A DNA stretch of 48,435 nucleotides from Gemmatimonadales bacterium. Its GTDB lineage: Bacteria > Gemmatimonadota > Gemmatimonadetes > Gemmatimonadales > JACORV01. Shown piece by piece: positions 1 through 8,580 of this stretch. The notes under the pieces were generated by a model. The model had not been told where the DNA came from, did not search any database, and worked only from the letters and a program-made list of their open reading frames with translations. Numbering within the stretch: position 1 is the stretch's first letter; every line of letters starts with the position of its first letter. The translations under genes were made by a program, and so were the position numbers. The stretch spans positions 1 through 48,435 of the forward strand of contig JADGQW010000001.1 in assembly GCA_017881505.1 (NCBI GenBank), given 5' to 3'.

Positions 1-368
1 TACTGGCAGACCGGCGCGCCTTCGTTCTGGCCCGCGATCACCGCCGCGCCCACGTAGATCTGGCACGTCTTCGTGGTGCCGTTGTGCGTCGCCGACGCCG
101 ACCAGCCGGTCCCGCTCGGGCTGGCGATCGTCACCGTCACGCCGGCGGACGAACTGAAGGAGGTGCCCAGGTTGCTGGAGTACGTCACGTTGTCGGCGAA
201 ATACGCCTCTTCGGCCGTGACCAGGTTCCGCAGGTCCGACTTCATCGCCGCGATGTACGCCTTCTCCTTCGTGTTCGCGAACTTCGGGATCGCGATGGCG
301 GCCAGGATGCCGATGATGACCACCACGATCAGGAGCTCGATCAGGGTGAAGCCCTTGCTGTTCCTCAC
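1..368 (-). CDS. pilA: Type IVa pilin (major pilin candidate); 3' end at or just beyond the window edge
   Basis: GTG at 368 with GGGAGG 7 nt upstream. Translation VRNSKG|FTLIELLIVVVIIGILAAIAIPKF shows a short leader, the Gly-1/Phe+1/Glu+5 prepilin peptidase motif and a hydrophobic alpha1-N helix. C-terminal Cys-x18-Cys (TKTC...PVC) resembles a D-region disulfide. 122 codons are open down to nt 3; the last 2 nt (TA) could begin the stop codon. Absent from the ORF track because it runs off the window. Confidence 0.9.
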   Translation of the reverse strand, partial: MRNSKGFTLIELLIVVVIIGILAAIAIPKFANTKEKAYIAAMKSDLRNLVTAEEAYFADNVTYSSNLGTSFSSSAGVTVTIASPSGTGWSASATHNGTTKTCQIYVGAAVIAGQNEGAPVCQ

Positions 369-439
369 GGTACTACCTCCCTTGATGAAGGATCTGCGGC
401 CGGCCGGCCTGCAGGTGCGAATAGACCCGACCGATAGTG

Positions 440-455
440 AGCAACCGACATGCCA
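440..455 (-). promoter_or_regulatory. Sigma-54 (RpoN) -24/-12 promoter for the pilin gene
   Basis: Minus strand reads TGGCATGTCGGTTGCT. This has GG-N10-GC spacing and one mismatch to the TGGCACG-N4-TTGCW consensus. It lies about 70 nt upstream of the pilin GTG, and a sigma-54-dependent NtrC-family activator (pilR) is encoded in the same locus. Confidence 0.75.
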
Positions 456-567
456 CGGCCTTGAGAATGGCGCATCCGAATGCCGGTCAAGAGATTAGGT
501 CGGTCGCACCGCTCCGACGACCCCTTCCCCCCATCCCGCCGCTCTCGCTTTCTGCAAGGCCCTTCGC

Positions 568-2391
568 TCAGTGCAAGGGTCGGTACGGCGTCGGGGGCCC
601 CGCGATGAGGACCCGTATCATCCCGAGGTCGGCCCGTGCCGCGGGATCCCTGGGGGCGCGGGCCGCCGCGGAGTCGAGCGCGCCGCGGGCGGAATCCGGC
701 ATCCCGACGGCGATGAACGTCGAGGAGCGGTAGAGCCAGCCGAGGAACGGGTCGCCACCGTGCGTCAGGAACGCCGGCCAGACGGCGCGCGCGCTGTCGG
801 GGCTGCCGAGCGCCAGGAACGCCCCGGCGAGGATCCGCGCCGCCGACGCGTCCCGCGGAGCGGACGCCGCGCGCCGCCGCGCCTCGTCGAGGAAGGCGCC
901 GCGAGACTCCGCGTGCAGCTCGACGTACGCCCGCCCCCACTCGGTCAGGGGCTTCGCCCAGCCGGGCCGCTCCGCGTCGGCGAGGAACCGCCGCGCGAGC
1001 CGGACGTCGCCCGCGTCCGCCGCCGCCTTCGCCGCCTCGATGAGATTCGGCACCTCGAGCGGGTAGAGCTCCGCCGACACGCCGTACTCGGCGAGCGCCG
1101 CCCGGCGACGGCCGAGTCGCTCGAGCACCCGCGCGGCCGCCTGGTGCACCCGATAGGACTCCGGGTGCGCGAGGAGGTCGCGCAGCACGAGGTCGCGGTT
1201 GCTCCGCCACACAGGGATGGCCGCGGTCGTCTTCGCGCCGAAGACGGCCGACACCACGAGCACCACCGCCACCGCCCGCGCGACGCCCACCCGGAGGGAC
1301 AGGGCACGCAGGCCCTCGGCGGCCACGAGGGCGATCCCCGCGGACGCGAGATAGAGCGTCCGCTCGGCGACGACCACGCCGGTGGGGAAGAGGAGGTTCG
1401 CCGTGGGGAGCCACGCGAGCCCCGCCAGGAGAAGGCCGGCCGAGACTGCGCGGTTCCTCCGCCACAGGGCGAACGCGAGGAGGACGAACGCCACGAGGAC
1501 GACGGCGCCGGCCGCGCCCTCAAGCGTGAAGTGCTCGAGCCGCTCGATCACCCGCGGGTGGTAGTCGGGGGAGAGGTCGAACGGCCACACCATGAGCCGC
1601 AGCAGGACAAAGACGGCGGGCAGCATCGTCGCGAGCCGGCCCGCCGTGCCAAGGCCGAAGAAGGTGGGCGCCACCGAGGCGAAGGAGATGTCCCCCTCCA
1701 CCGCGCGCCGCGCGATGAACCACGCGGCGGTGAGCACGGCCGTCGCCGCGTACGTCCGCCACGGGAGCCCCGGATCCCCTTTGGTGCGCGTGGCGAGGTC
1801 GTCGAGCGCCAGGAGGGCGACCGCGACCGCCGCGTGCTCCTTCGAGAGGAGGGCGAGCGCCACCGCGACGAGGAGGGCCCCTTCGAGCGCGAGGGCGGAC
1901 CTGCCCGCGGCGCGCCGGCGGCGCACCGCGCGGGCCAGGAGGAGCGCCGCGAACAGAAAGGCCGCGGCCATCGCCTCCGCGCGCCCCACGAGGTTGGCGA
2001 CCGCCTCCACGTGCACCGGGTGGACCGCGAACAGCACTCCGCCCGCGAGCGCCGCGCCGGGGCCCACGTACACGGCGAGCACGGGGACGAGGAGCGCCGT
2101 GGCCGCCGCGTGCCAGGCGACGTTCACCGCGTGGAGCCACGTCGCGCTCCCGCCCGAGAGCTGCCAGTCCACGGCGAACGAGAGGACGACGAGGGGCCGG
2201 TAGAGACCGGCGCCGTGCTCGGGCGGCCAGTACGGCTGGTCGAAGGCGGCGAGCGCGCCGGCGACGGTGTGGGCCGCGGGGTTCCGCTCGACGATCATCT
2301 CGTCGTCGAGCGCGAAGCGGTTGCCGAGGGACGGCAGGTAGACGACGGCGGCAACGGCCGCGGCGACGAGGGCCCCCCGCCGGACGGTCAT
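568..2391 (-). CDS. TMTC/PMT-like GT-C membrane glycosyltransferase (DUF1736-type core) with C-terminal TPR-like domain, paralog 1
   Basis: Start taken at ATG 2391 (MTVRRGALVAAAV...), not the track start 2508. N-terminal TM followed by loop-1 acidic motif FALDDEMIVERNP, then YRPLVVLSFAVDW and FAVHPVHVEAVANLVGRAE (DUF1736-like). About 10 TM segments, then an about 200-aa helical repeat tail. ATG overlaps the upstream stop by 1 nt (TGATG). Confidence 0.8.
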   Translation of the reverse strand: MTVRRGALVAAAVAAVVYLPSLGNRFALDDEMIVERNPAAHTVAGALAAFDQPYWPPEHGAGLYRPLVVLSFAVDWQLSGGSATWLHAVNVAWHAAATALLVPVLAVYVGPGAALAGGVLFAVHPVHVEAVANLVGRAEAMAAAFLFAALLLARAVRRRRAAGRSALALEGALLVAVALALLSKEHAAVAVALLALDDLATRTKGDPGLPWRTYAATAVLTAAWFIARRAVEGDISFASVAPTFFGLGTAGRLATMLPAVFVLLRLMVWPFDLSPDYHPRVIERLEHFTLEGAAGAVVLVAFVLLAFALWRRNRAVSAGLLLAGLAWLPTANLLFPTGVVVAERTLYLASAGIALVAAEGLRALSLRVGVARAVAVVLVVSAVFGAKTTAAIPVWRSNRDLVLRDLLAHPESYRVHQAAARVLERLGRRRAALAEYGVSAELYPLEVPNLIEAAKAAADAGDVRLARRFLADAERPGWAKPLTEWGRAYVELHAESRGAFLDEARRRAASAPRDASAARILAGAFLALGSPDSARAVWPAFLTHGGDPFLGWLYRSSTFIAVGMPDSARGALDSAAARAPRDPAARADLGMIRVLIAGPPTPYRPLH

Positions 2392-4217
2392 CACCGGGAC
2401 GGCCGGCACTGTGCGAGATCGTCGAGACGGCGGCGCACCTCGGCGCGCGCCCCTTCGGTGCGGATCAGCACGAGGGCCTTTCCGAGCCGGGTTCTGGCTT
2501 CGGCGCACAGCCCAAGCCGGCGCGCCGCGTCGGCCGCGACGAGCTGGAGTCCCGAGCTCTCCGGATGGAAGAAGACGCTGCGCCGCGCGGCTGCGAGGAC
2601 GCGCTGGGGCTCGCCGCGGCGGTCGAACACCGAGGCGGCGGCGTAGACGAGGACCTCGTTGGCCGGGTCGCGGCGGAGCGCGAGGCGCGCGAGCGCCTCC
2701 GCCGAGTCGAGGGCGCCGGCGCGGAATCGCGCCAGGACCGCCTGGGACGCGGCGCCGGAATTGAGGGTGTCCACCGCGTACGCCGCGCTGGAGAACCGGT
2801 CAGCGAGACCGAGGGCACCGGCCGAGAGGTAGTGGAACCCGATCTCCTCGAGGAGCGAGCCGTCCTCGGGGCGGATCCGCGCGGCGGTGAGGAGTTCGCG
2901 CTCACCGGTGACGGCGTCGCCGCGGTCGAACGCCCGCGCCCCGAGGTTCCAGTGGGTCCGGTACGACCGGGGGGCGTCGGCCACGCGCGCGGCGAGGAAG
3001 CGCGCGGGCGTGCTCCAGACGGGGATGCGCGCGAGGGTGCGTGCCGCGAGAAGCGTGAGCAGGAGGGCGGTCGCCGGCCACACGAGCCGATGCCGCGGCA
3101 GCAGTTCCCAGAGCGCGCCGAAGGCGATCGCCACGCCCACCGACGGCAGGTAGAGGAGACGCTCCCCCAGCACTACGCCGGTCGGGAAGGGCACGTTCGA
3201 CGCCACCGAGCCCGCCACCACGAACCACACCACCCCTGCGGTGAACCCTGGCGCGGTGCGCCGCAGACGCCAGGCCGCCACCACGATCGCCGCCACGAGG
3301 ACCGCACCCGCCACGTGCGCGGCATCGAACGCCGTCGAGGGCACGAACTGGTCGGGGGCGTAGTCCGCGGAGAGGCGCAGGGGGAAGGCGAGGAGCCGCC
3401 CCCACTGGAGGTACGCCGGAAGCATGATCGCGAGCCGGGAAGCCCACGTTGTGCCCGCGAGCCCGGCTGCCGAAACGCCGGCGCCGAAGGTGGTGCCGAG
3501 CATAGCGCCGCGCGCCGCCAGGTAGCCCGCCGCCAGCGCGACGACGCCGCACCAGAGGAGCGCGTGCCCCCGGAGCACGGCGCGGAACGCGCGGCCCGAC
3601 GTCCGCGCCGTCCACGCGTCCGCCAGGAGGAGCATCGCCGGGAGGGTGAGGGCGTGCTCCTTCGCGGCGAAGGCCGTCGCCGCTCCCGCCAGCACGACGA
3701 GCGCGAAGAGCGCGCGCCGGGCGCCGCGCGGGGCCTCCGCCGCCGCCCGGGACTCGGCGGCGTACGCGAGCAGCGCGGCGAGGTAGCCCAGCGCCGCGAG
3801 CACCTCCGAGCGGCCGACCACCGGCGCGAACGCCTCCACGTGGACCGGGTGTACGGCGAACCAAAGCGCGGCGACGATGGCGCCCGGGCCGAGGAGCGCG
3901 CTGGCGAGGAGGAGGACGAGGGCCGTCACCCCCAGATGCAGCGCGACGTTCACGGCGTGGAAGACGGCGGGCGATCCGCGCCCCACGGCCCAGTCCACCG
4001 CGAACGAGGCGGTCGTCAGCGGGCGGTAGATCCGGTCGGGGATGTCCCCCGCCCAGTAGGGGCTGGTGACGAGGACGGGCAGATTGCGGAGCGCACGGAG
4101 GCGCGCGTCGTCCTGCACGACGGGCTCGTCGTCGTAAACGAATCCCCCGCGCACTGCGGTGACCGAGGCGGCGAGCGCCACCGCGAGCACCACGGCGTAC
4201 GCTTTAGCGGATGGCAC
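2391..4217 (-). CDS. TMTC/PMT-like GT-C membrane glycosyltransferase with C-terminal TPR-like domain, paralog 2
   Basis: 608 aa. Motifs FVYDDEPVVQDD, YRPLTTASFAVDW and FAVHPVHVEAFAPVVGRSE align with paralog 1. Multi-TM core plus TPR-like tail. GTG start at 4217; start uncertain by a few codons. Confidence 0.8.
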   Translation of the reverse strand: MPSAKAYAVVLAVALAASVTAVRGGFVYDDEPVVQDDARLRALRNLPVLVTSPYWAGDIPDRIYRPLTTASFAVDWAVGRGSPAVFHAVNVALHLGVTALVLLLASALLGPGAIVAALWFAVHPVHVEAFAPVVGRSEVLAALGYLAALLAYAAESRAAAEAPRGARRALFALVVLAGAATAFAAKEHALTLPAMLLLADAWTARTSGRAFRAVLRGHALLWCGVVALAAGYLAARGAMLGTTFGAGVSAAGLAGTTWASRLAIMLPAYLQWGRLLAFPLRLSADYAPDQFVPSTAFDAAHVAGAVLVAAIVVAAWRLRRTAPGFTAGVVWFVVAGSVASNVPFPTGVVLGERLLYLPSVGVAIAFGALWELLPRHRLVWPATALLLTLLAARTLARIPVWSTPARFLAARVADAPRSYRTHWNLGARAFDRGDAVTGERELLTAARIRPEDGSLLEEIGFHYLSAGALGLADRFSSAAYAVDTLNSGAASQAVLARFRAGALDSAEALARLALRRDPANEVLVYAAASVFDRRGEPQRVLAAARRSVFFHPESSGLQLVAADAARRLGLCAEARTRLGKALVLIRTEGARAEVRRRLDDLAQCRPSR

Positions 4218-6304
4218 GCTGGAAGGTATCTTTGGCCATGCCTACCAGCCAGCCGTCCGGCGGCCGCCCGAGCGCGGCCCGCGTCGTGGTCGTCGCGCTC
4301 CTCGCCGCGCTCGCGTTCCTGCCGATCGCCAATTGGATCCCCGGCGGCCACGACACCGACTGGTACGACACCGCCCGCCAGCTCTGGACCCTGGGCAGCC
4401 TCATCGTCGCGGGACTCGCGGTCATCCTCGCCATGTCGGCGGAACGGTACGGCGGGCTCGCCGAGCCGCTCTGGCGACGGCTCGCGGCGCTGCCCCGGCC
4501 CTCCGGACGCGTCGCGGCAGCGGTCCTGGTCCTCGCCGCCTTCGGCGTGTATGCGCTGGTCGCGACGGACGTCTTCAGCCGCCGACCGCTCCTCATCGAC
4601 GAGGTGATCCAGCTCTTCCAGGCGCGGATCTTCGAGCAGGGGCGACTCTGGCTCGCGTCCCCCGGGCACCCGGAGCTGTTCGGCTCGATGCACCTCGTGG
4701 ACCAGGGGGGGCGGATCTACGGGCAGTTCCCGGCGGGAGGCCCCGCCGTGCTCGCGCTCGGCGACGCGCTGGGAGCGGCGTGGCTGGTGGGCCCCGCGTG
4801 CGGCGCCATCGCCGTGGCGGCCTTCATCGTCTTCCTCCGCACCACGGAGCCGGGCCGGGCCACCCGGTGGGCCGCGGCGGCGCTGTTCGCGCTCGCGCCG
4901 TTCACGGTCTTCCAGGCCGGCTCGCACATGAACCACGGCTTCACCCTCGCGGCGCTGCTCGTGGCCACGGCGGCCCTCTCCCGGGTGGTGACCAGCGACA
5001 CTCCGCGGCCCTGGCTCGCCCTCGTCTCCGGCCTCGGCTACGGCATCGCCGCCACCATCCGGCCGACGGACGCGCTCGCCTTCGCCCTGCCGGCGGGGGT
5101 CTGGTACCTCGCGCGGGCGGTGCGCGACCGGCGGCGCCTCAGCGACCTGCTCGCCTCCGGGGTCGGCGTCGCCCTGCCGATGGCCGCGCTCCTCTGGGTG
5201 AACGGCCACACGACCGGCGATCCGTTCCTGTTCGGCTACCAGGTGCTGTGGGGGAAGGAGCACAACCTCGGCTTCCATCGCGCGCCGTGGGGGCCGGTGC
5301 ACACGCCGCTCCGGGGCCTCGAGCTGGTCAACGTCTACTTCCTGCGCCTGCAGCGGTACCTCTTCGAATCGCCGGTGCCTTCCCTGGTGCCGGTGCTCGC
5401 CGCCCTGGCGCTCGCACCCGCGTTCGGCCCGTTCGACCGGCTCCTCCTGACCAGCGCCGGCCTTCTCGTCGGGCTCTACTTCGCCTACTGGCACAACGGC
5501 TTCTTCCTGGGCCCGCGCTTCCTCTACCCGCTCATGCCGGTGCTCGCACTCTGGACGGCGCGGCTCCCCGGCGTCGTGAAGGCGCGTTTCGGGCGCGGCT
5601 TCGCGTGGCGGTTCGTGCTCGCGGCGTTCGCCGTGACTGCCGTGATGGCACTCGCGTTCCAGGTGCCCGACCGCGCCCGGCAGTACCGGAGCGGCCTCTT
5701 CACCATGCGGTGGAACGCGGACAGCACCGCCGCCGCCGACGGGATCCGCGGCGCGCTGGTGCTGGTGCGGGAGAGCTGGGGGAGCCAGGTCATCGCGCGG
5801 ATGTGGGGGCTGGGCCTGACACGCTCGGAGGCGGAGTGGCTGTACCGAAGCGTGGACGTGTGCCAGCTGGACTGGGGAGTCACGCAGGCCGAGCAGCGTG
5901 GCCTGAAGGGGCCCGCCGCGGTCGCGGTCCTGAGACCGCTCACGGCGGACTCGATCCGCGTGGTCGCGACCCCCTTCTCGGCGGACGTCTCCGAGCGCTA
6001 CCTGCCGGGGACCCGGTATGCCGCGCCGTGCGCGGCGAAGGTGCGGGAGGACCGGGAGGGATTCACCCTCTACACGCCGCTCATCCTGTCGCGCTTCGGT
6101 GGGAACGTCTACGTGCGGGACCTGCACGCGCAGGACACCGTGGCGCTGGCGATGTACCCGGGCCGGCCCATCTACCTGGTGCGCCCCTCGGGAGCGGCGG
6201 AGCGCTCCACGCCCCGCTTCTATCCCGTGACCCGCGACTCGCTGGCGCAGGCGTGGGGTGTACCGGTGGCTCGCCTGGGGGCGGCGCCGGCCCCGTCACC
6301 GTGA
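4211..6304 (+). CDS. GT-C fold membrane glycosyltransferase (ArnT/PMT_2-like) with about 230-aa C-terminal extracytoplasmic domain
   Basis: 697-aa ORF with many TM helices. Loop-1 acidic motif LLIDEVIQLFQARIF. High GC3. An alternative start ATG 4238 (MPTSQP...) has GGAAGG upstream and is perhaps more likely. Confidence 0.7.
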   Translation: MARWKVSLAMPTSQPSGGRPSAARVVVVALLAALAFLPIANWIPGGHDTDWYDTARQLWTLGSLIVAGLAVILAMSAERYGGLAEPLWRRLAALPRPSGRVAAAVLVLAAFGVYALVATDVFSRRPLLIDEVIQLFQARIFEQGRLWLASPGHPELFGSMHLVDQGGRIYGQFPAGGPAVLALGDALGAAWLVGPACGAIAVAAFIVFLRTTEPGRATRWAAAALFALAPFTVFQAGSHMNHGFTLAALLVATAALSRVVTSDTPRPWLALVSGLGYGIAATIRPTDALAFALPAGVWYLARAVRDRRRLSDLLASGVGVALPMAALLWVNGHTTGDPFLFGYQVLWGKEHNLGFHRAPWGPVHTPLRGLELVNVYFLRLQRYLFESPVPSLVPVLAALALAPAFGPFDRLLLTSAGLLVGLYFAYWHNGFFLGPRFLYPLMPVLALWTARLPGVVKARFGRGFAWRFVLAAFAVTAVMALAFQVPDRARQYRSGLFTMRWNADSTAAADGIRGALVLVRESWGSQVIARMWGLGLTRSEAEWLYRSVDVCQLDWGVTQAEQRGLKGPAAVAVLRPLTADSIRVVATPFSADVSERYLPGTRYAAPCAAKVREDREGFTLYTPLILSRFGGNVYVRDLHAQDTVALAMYPGRPIYLVRPSGAAERSTPRFYPVTRDSLAQAWGVPVARLGAAPAPSP

Positions 6305-7852
6305 CGGCGGCGGCGCGGGCGGGGGCGGCGGGTGGTGGTCCACCTCGAACGCCGCCATCGGTCCGGGCCACATCATCAGCGGCGTGAGGTAGCCGGGCAC
6401 GAGCTGGCGGAGCGCCTCGACGACCGGCGCCGCGTCGGAGCGGGGGCCCGTGACGATGACGTAATCCACGGCGGAACGGTCGAGGAAGGCGCGGAGCGAG
6501 TCCGGGCCGAACCCCACGTCGCGCCGACCCTCGAGGCGCCACAGGTAGGTGGGCACCGCCCGGCGCCCCGAGTAGAGCCAGAGCAGCGCTTCGTCCTCGC
6601 CCGCCAGCACCGCCGTCGTCGGCGTCGTCCGCTGCACCCACGGCAGGATCGTCTCGAACGTCTCCGAGATCCCGCGCTGCGCGGCGGTCGGCCAGTGCCC
6701 GCGGAATCCGGTGACCTGGTACCGCCCGAAGCCGACGAGCACGGGGACGATGCCCGCCACCGCCAGCGCGCGGAGCCCCCAGCGCCACGCGTCCGTGCGG
6801 GCTCCGCCGGCCCGCCACACCGCGACGCCCCCCATCGCCAGCGCGACGACGAGCACCGGCATCAGCGCCCAGAGGAACCGGTCCGGCGCGTACGGCCAGA
6901 GCAGCACCACCGCGACGTAGAGCACGAGCGACCAGCCGAGGGCCGGGGCGCGGCGCGTCAGGGTGACGGCGCCGACCACGAGCACCGCGAGCGCGGGCAC
7001 GCCGAACCAGGGGTGCCACGCGGGGCGCACCGCGGCGAAGGCCAGGTACCCGAGGGGACGGAGCACGTCCCGGAGGATGTCGGGACCGATCCACCGCCAT
7101 CCCGCCTGGCGCAGCAGGTCCCCATAGGTCCCGTAGTTCGCGGCGAGGACGGCGGGGACCTCCGCGCGGTGCACCGCGGTCCAGACCTGCCACGGGACGA
7201 GGAAGAGGAGCGCCGCGCCCGCCGCGGAGAGCGCCTCCCGGCGCCGGCGCGCGAGGAGGAGGGAGAGAAAGACGCCCCCGGCGATCGCGACGCCGATGGA
7301 ACGCGTCAGGCCCGCGAGGCCCGCGACCGCGCCCGCGCCCGCCGCGAGCGCGAGCGCCCGGCGGCCGGTCGCCTGCACGGCGCCCTCAGCGAGCCACCAC
7401 GCGCCCAGCGCGATCACGAGGAAGAGCGGCTCGGCGAAGAGCACCGTGACCACCGAGAGGAGCGGCACCGCCGTCGCGCCGACCAGGACGAGGATGGCCG
7501 CCGCCGGGGCCGGCAGCGCGCGGCGTCGCGCGAGATACGCAGTGAAGCCCCCCGCGAAGGCGCCGAGGAGCAGCGCGTTCGCCGCGCGGAACAGCACGAC
7601 GTTGTCGGGGAAGGAGGGCCACAGCCGCCAGAGGACCGCGAGGAAGGCGGGATAGAGGGGCGGGTAGTGGACGGCGGCGGGCGTACCCGGGAGGTAGAGG
7701 AGCCGGTAGCCGTGCCCCTCCGCCAGGCTCCGCGCCAGCGCGGTGTAGATGCCGTCGTCGTAGAACACTCCGACCAGCGCGTGCGGCATCAGCGCCGCCG
7801 CCACCGCCGTGGCGACAAGCCCCGTCGCCACCGCCCAGCCCCGCCGTCGCAT
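6296..7852 (-). CDS. GT-C fold membrane glycosyltransferase (ArnT/PMT_2-like)
   Basis: Start taken at ATG 7852 (MRRRGWAVATGLVA...), which overlaps the GT2 stop by 1 nt (TGATG). Loop-1 motif GVFYDDGIYTALARSLAEGHGY is typical of the ArnT/PMT_2 class. About 11 TM segments plus a C-terminal soluble domain. Its 3' end overlaps the convergent gene by 9 nt. Confidence 0.7.
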   Translation of the reverse strand: MRRRGWAVATGLVATAVAAALMPHALVGVFYDDGIYTALARSLAEGHGYRLLYLPGTPAAVHYPPLYPAFLAVLWRLWPSFPDNVVLFRAANALLLGAFAGGFTAYLARRRALPAPAAAILVLVGATAVPLLSVVTVLFAEPLFLVIALGAWWLAEGAVQATGRRALALAAGAGAVAGLAGLTRSIGVAIAGGVFLSLLLARRRREALSAAGAALLFLVPWQVWTAVHRAEVPAVLAANYGTYGDLLRQAGWRWIGPDILRDVLRPLGYLAFAAVRPAWHPWFGVPALAVLVVGAVTLTRRAPALGWSLVLYVAVVLLWPYAPDRFLWALMPVLVVALAMGGVAVWRAGGARTDAWRWGLRALAVAGIVPVLVGFGRYQVTGFRGHWPTAAQRGISETFETILPWVQRTTPTTAVLAGEDEALLWLYSGRRAVPTYLWRLEGRRDVGFGPDSLRAFLDRSAVDYVIVTGPRSDAAPVVEALRQLVPGYLTPLMMWPGPMAAFEVDHHPPPPPAPPPSR

Positions 7853-8580
7853 CAGCGGTGCGGCGGGAAGAGGTTGAACCGCACGATGTGCCACAGTGCG
7901 GCCACCCCGTCACGCCAGTTGATCTTCTTCCCCTCGGCGTAGGTGCGGCCGGCGTACGAGATGGGGAGCTCGTAGATCCGCGCCCGGGCGCGGGCGAGCT
8001 GCGCGGTCAGCTCCGGTTCGAAGCCGAAGCGGTCGGTGGTGAGCACGAGCCGCCGCATCAGGTCCGAGCGGACCATCTTGTAGCAGGTCTCCATGTCCGT
8101 CAGGTTCAGGTCCGTCAGCATGTTCGAGAGGAGCGTCAGGAAGCGGTTCCCCACCGAATGCCAGAAGAACAGGACCCGGTGCGGGCCGCCGAGGAAGCGG
8201 GAGCCGTACACGGCATCCGCGCGGCCGTCGGCGATCGGGGCGAAGAGCAGCGGCAGGTCCGCGGGGTCGTACTCGAGGTCCGCGTCCTGCACGACCATCA
8301 CGTCCCCCGTCGCGGCGGCGATCGCGCTGCGGATCGCGGCGCCCTTGCCGCGATTCACCGGATGGTGGATCACCCGGTGCACCTTCCCCTGCGCGGCGAG
8401 CGCGTCGAGCAGGCGGCCGGTGTCGTCCGAGGAACCGTCGTCCACGGCGATCACTTCCAGCGTCAGGGGGACCGCGGCGAGACGCTCGAACACCCGCGCC
8501 ACCGTCGCGCCCTCGTTGTAGGCGGGCACCAGCACCGAGACGACGGAGCGCGCCGGGTCCCGCAGGACGGGGGCGCTCAC
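7852..8580 (-). CDS. GT2 family glycosyltransferase, polyprenyl-phosphate hexose synthase-like (DPM1/Ppm1/ArnC/GtrB class)
   Basis: 242 aa starting at GTG 8580 (GTGA overlap with the pilR stop). Motifs VLVPAYNEG, AVDDGSSDDT, NRGKGAA, VQDADLEYDP (DxD) and YGSRF. No C-terminal TM helices. Confidence 0.85.
   Translation of the reverse strand: MSAPVLRDPARSVVSVLVPAYNEGATVARVFERLAAVPLTLEVIAVDDGSSDDTGRLLDALAAQGKVHRVIHHPVNRGKGAAIRSAIAAATGDVMVVQDADLEYDPADLPLLFAPIADGRADAVYGSRFLGGPHRVLFFWHSVGNRFLTLLSNMLTDLNLTDMETCYKMVRSDLMRRLVLTTDRFGFEPELTAQLARARARIYELPISYAGRTYAEGKKINWRDGVAALWHIVRFNLFPPHR

Noticed and set aside
398-415. Adjacent 8-cutter sites (two overlapping FseI GGCCGGCC, then SbfI CCTGCAGG containing PstI) in the pilA 5' UTR, resembling a polylinker or cloning scar.
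   Set aside because: GC-only and GC-rich palindromes are expected by chance at this base composition. The flanks are native-looking, with no vector-like sequence. More likely a small GC hairpin in the leader.
4211-4226. ATGGCACGCTGGAAGG contains a perfect sigma-54 -24 element (TGGCACG).
   Set aside because: There is no TTGC-like -12 element at the required spacing (AAGGT instead), and it coincides with start codons of both divergent genes.
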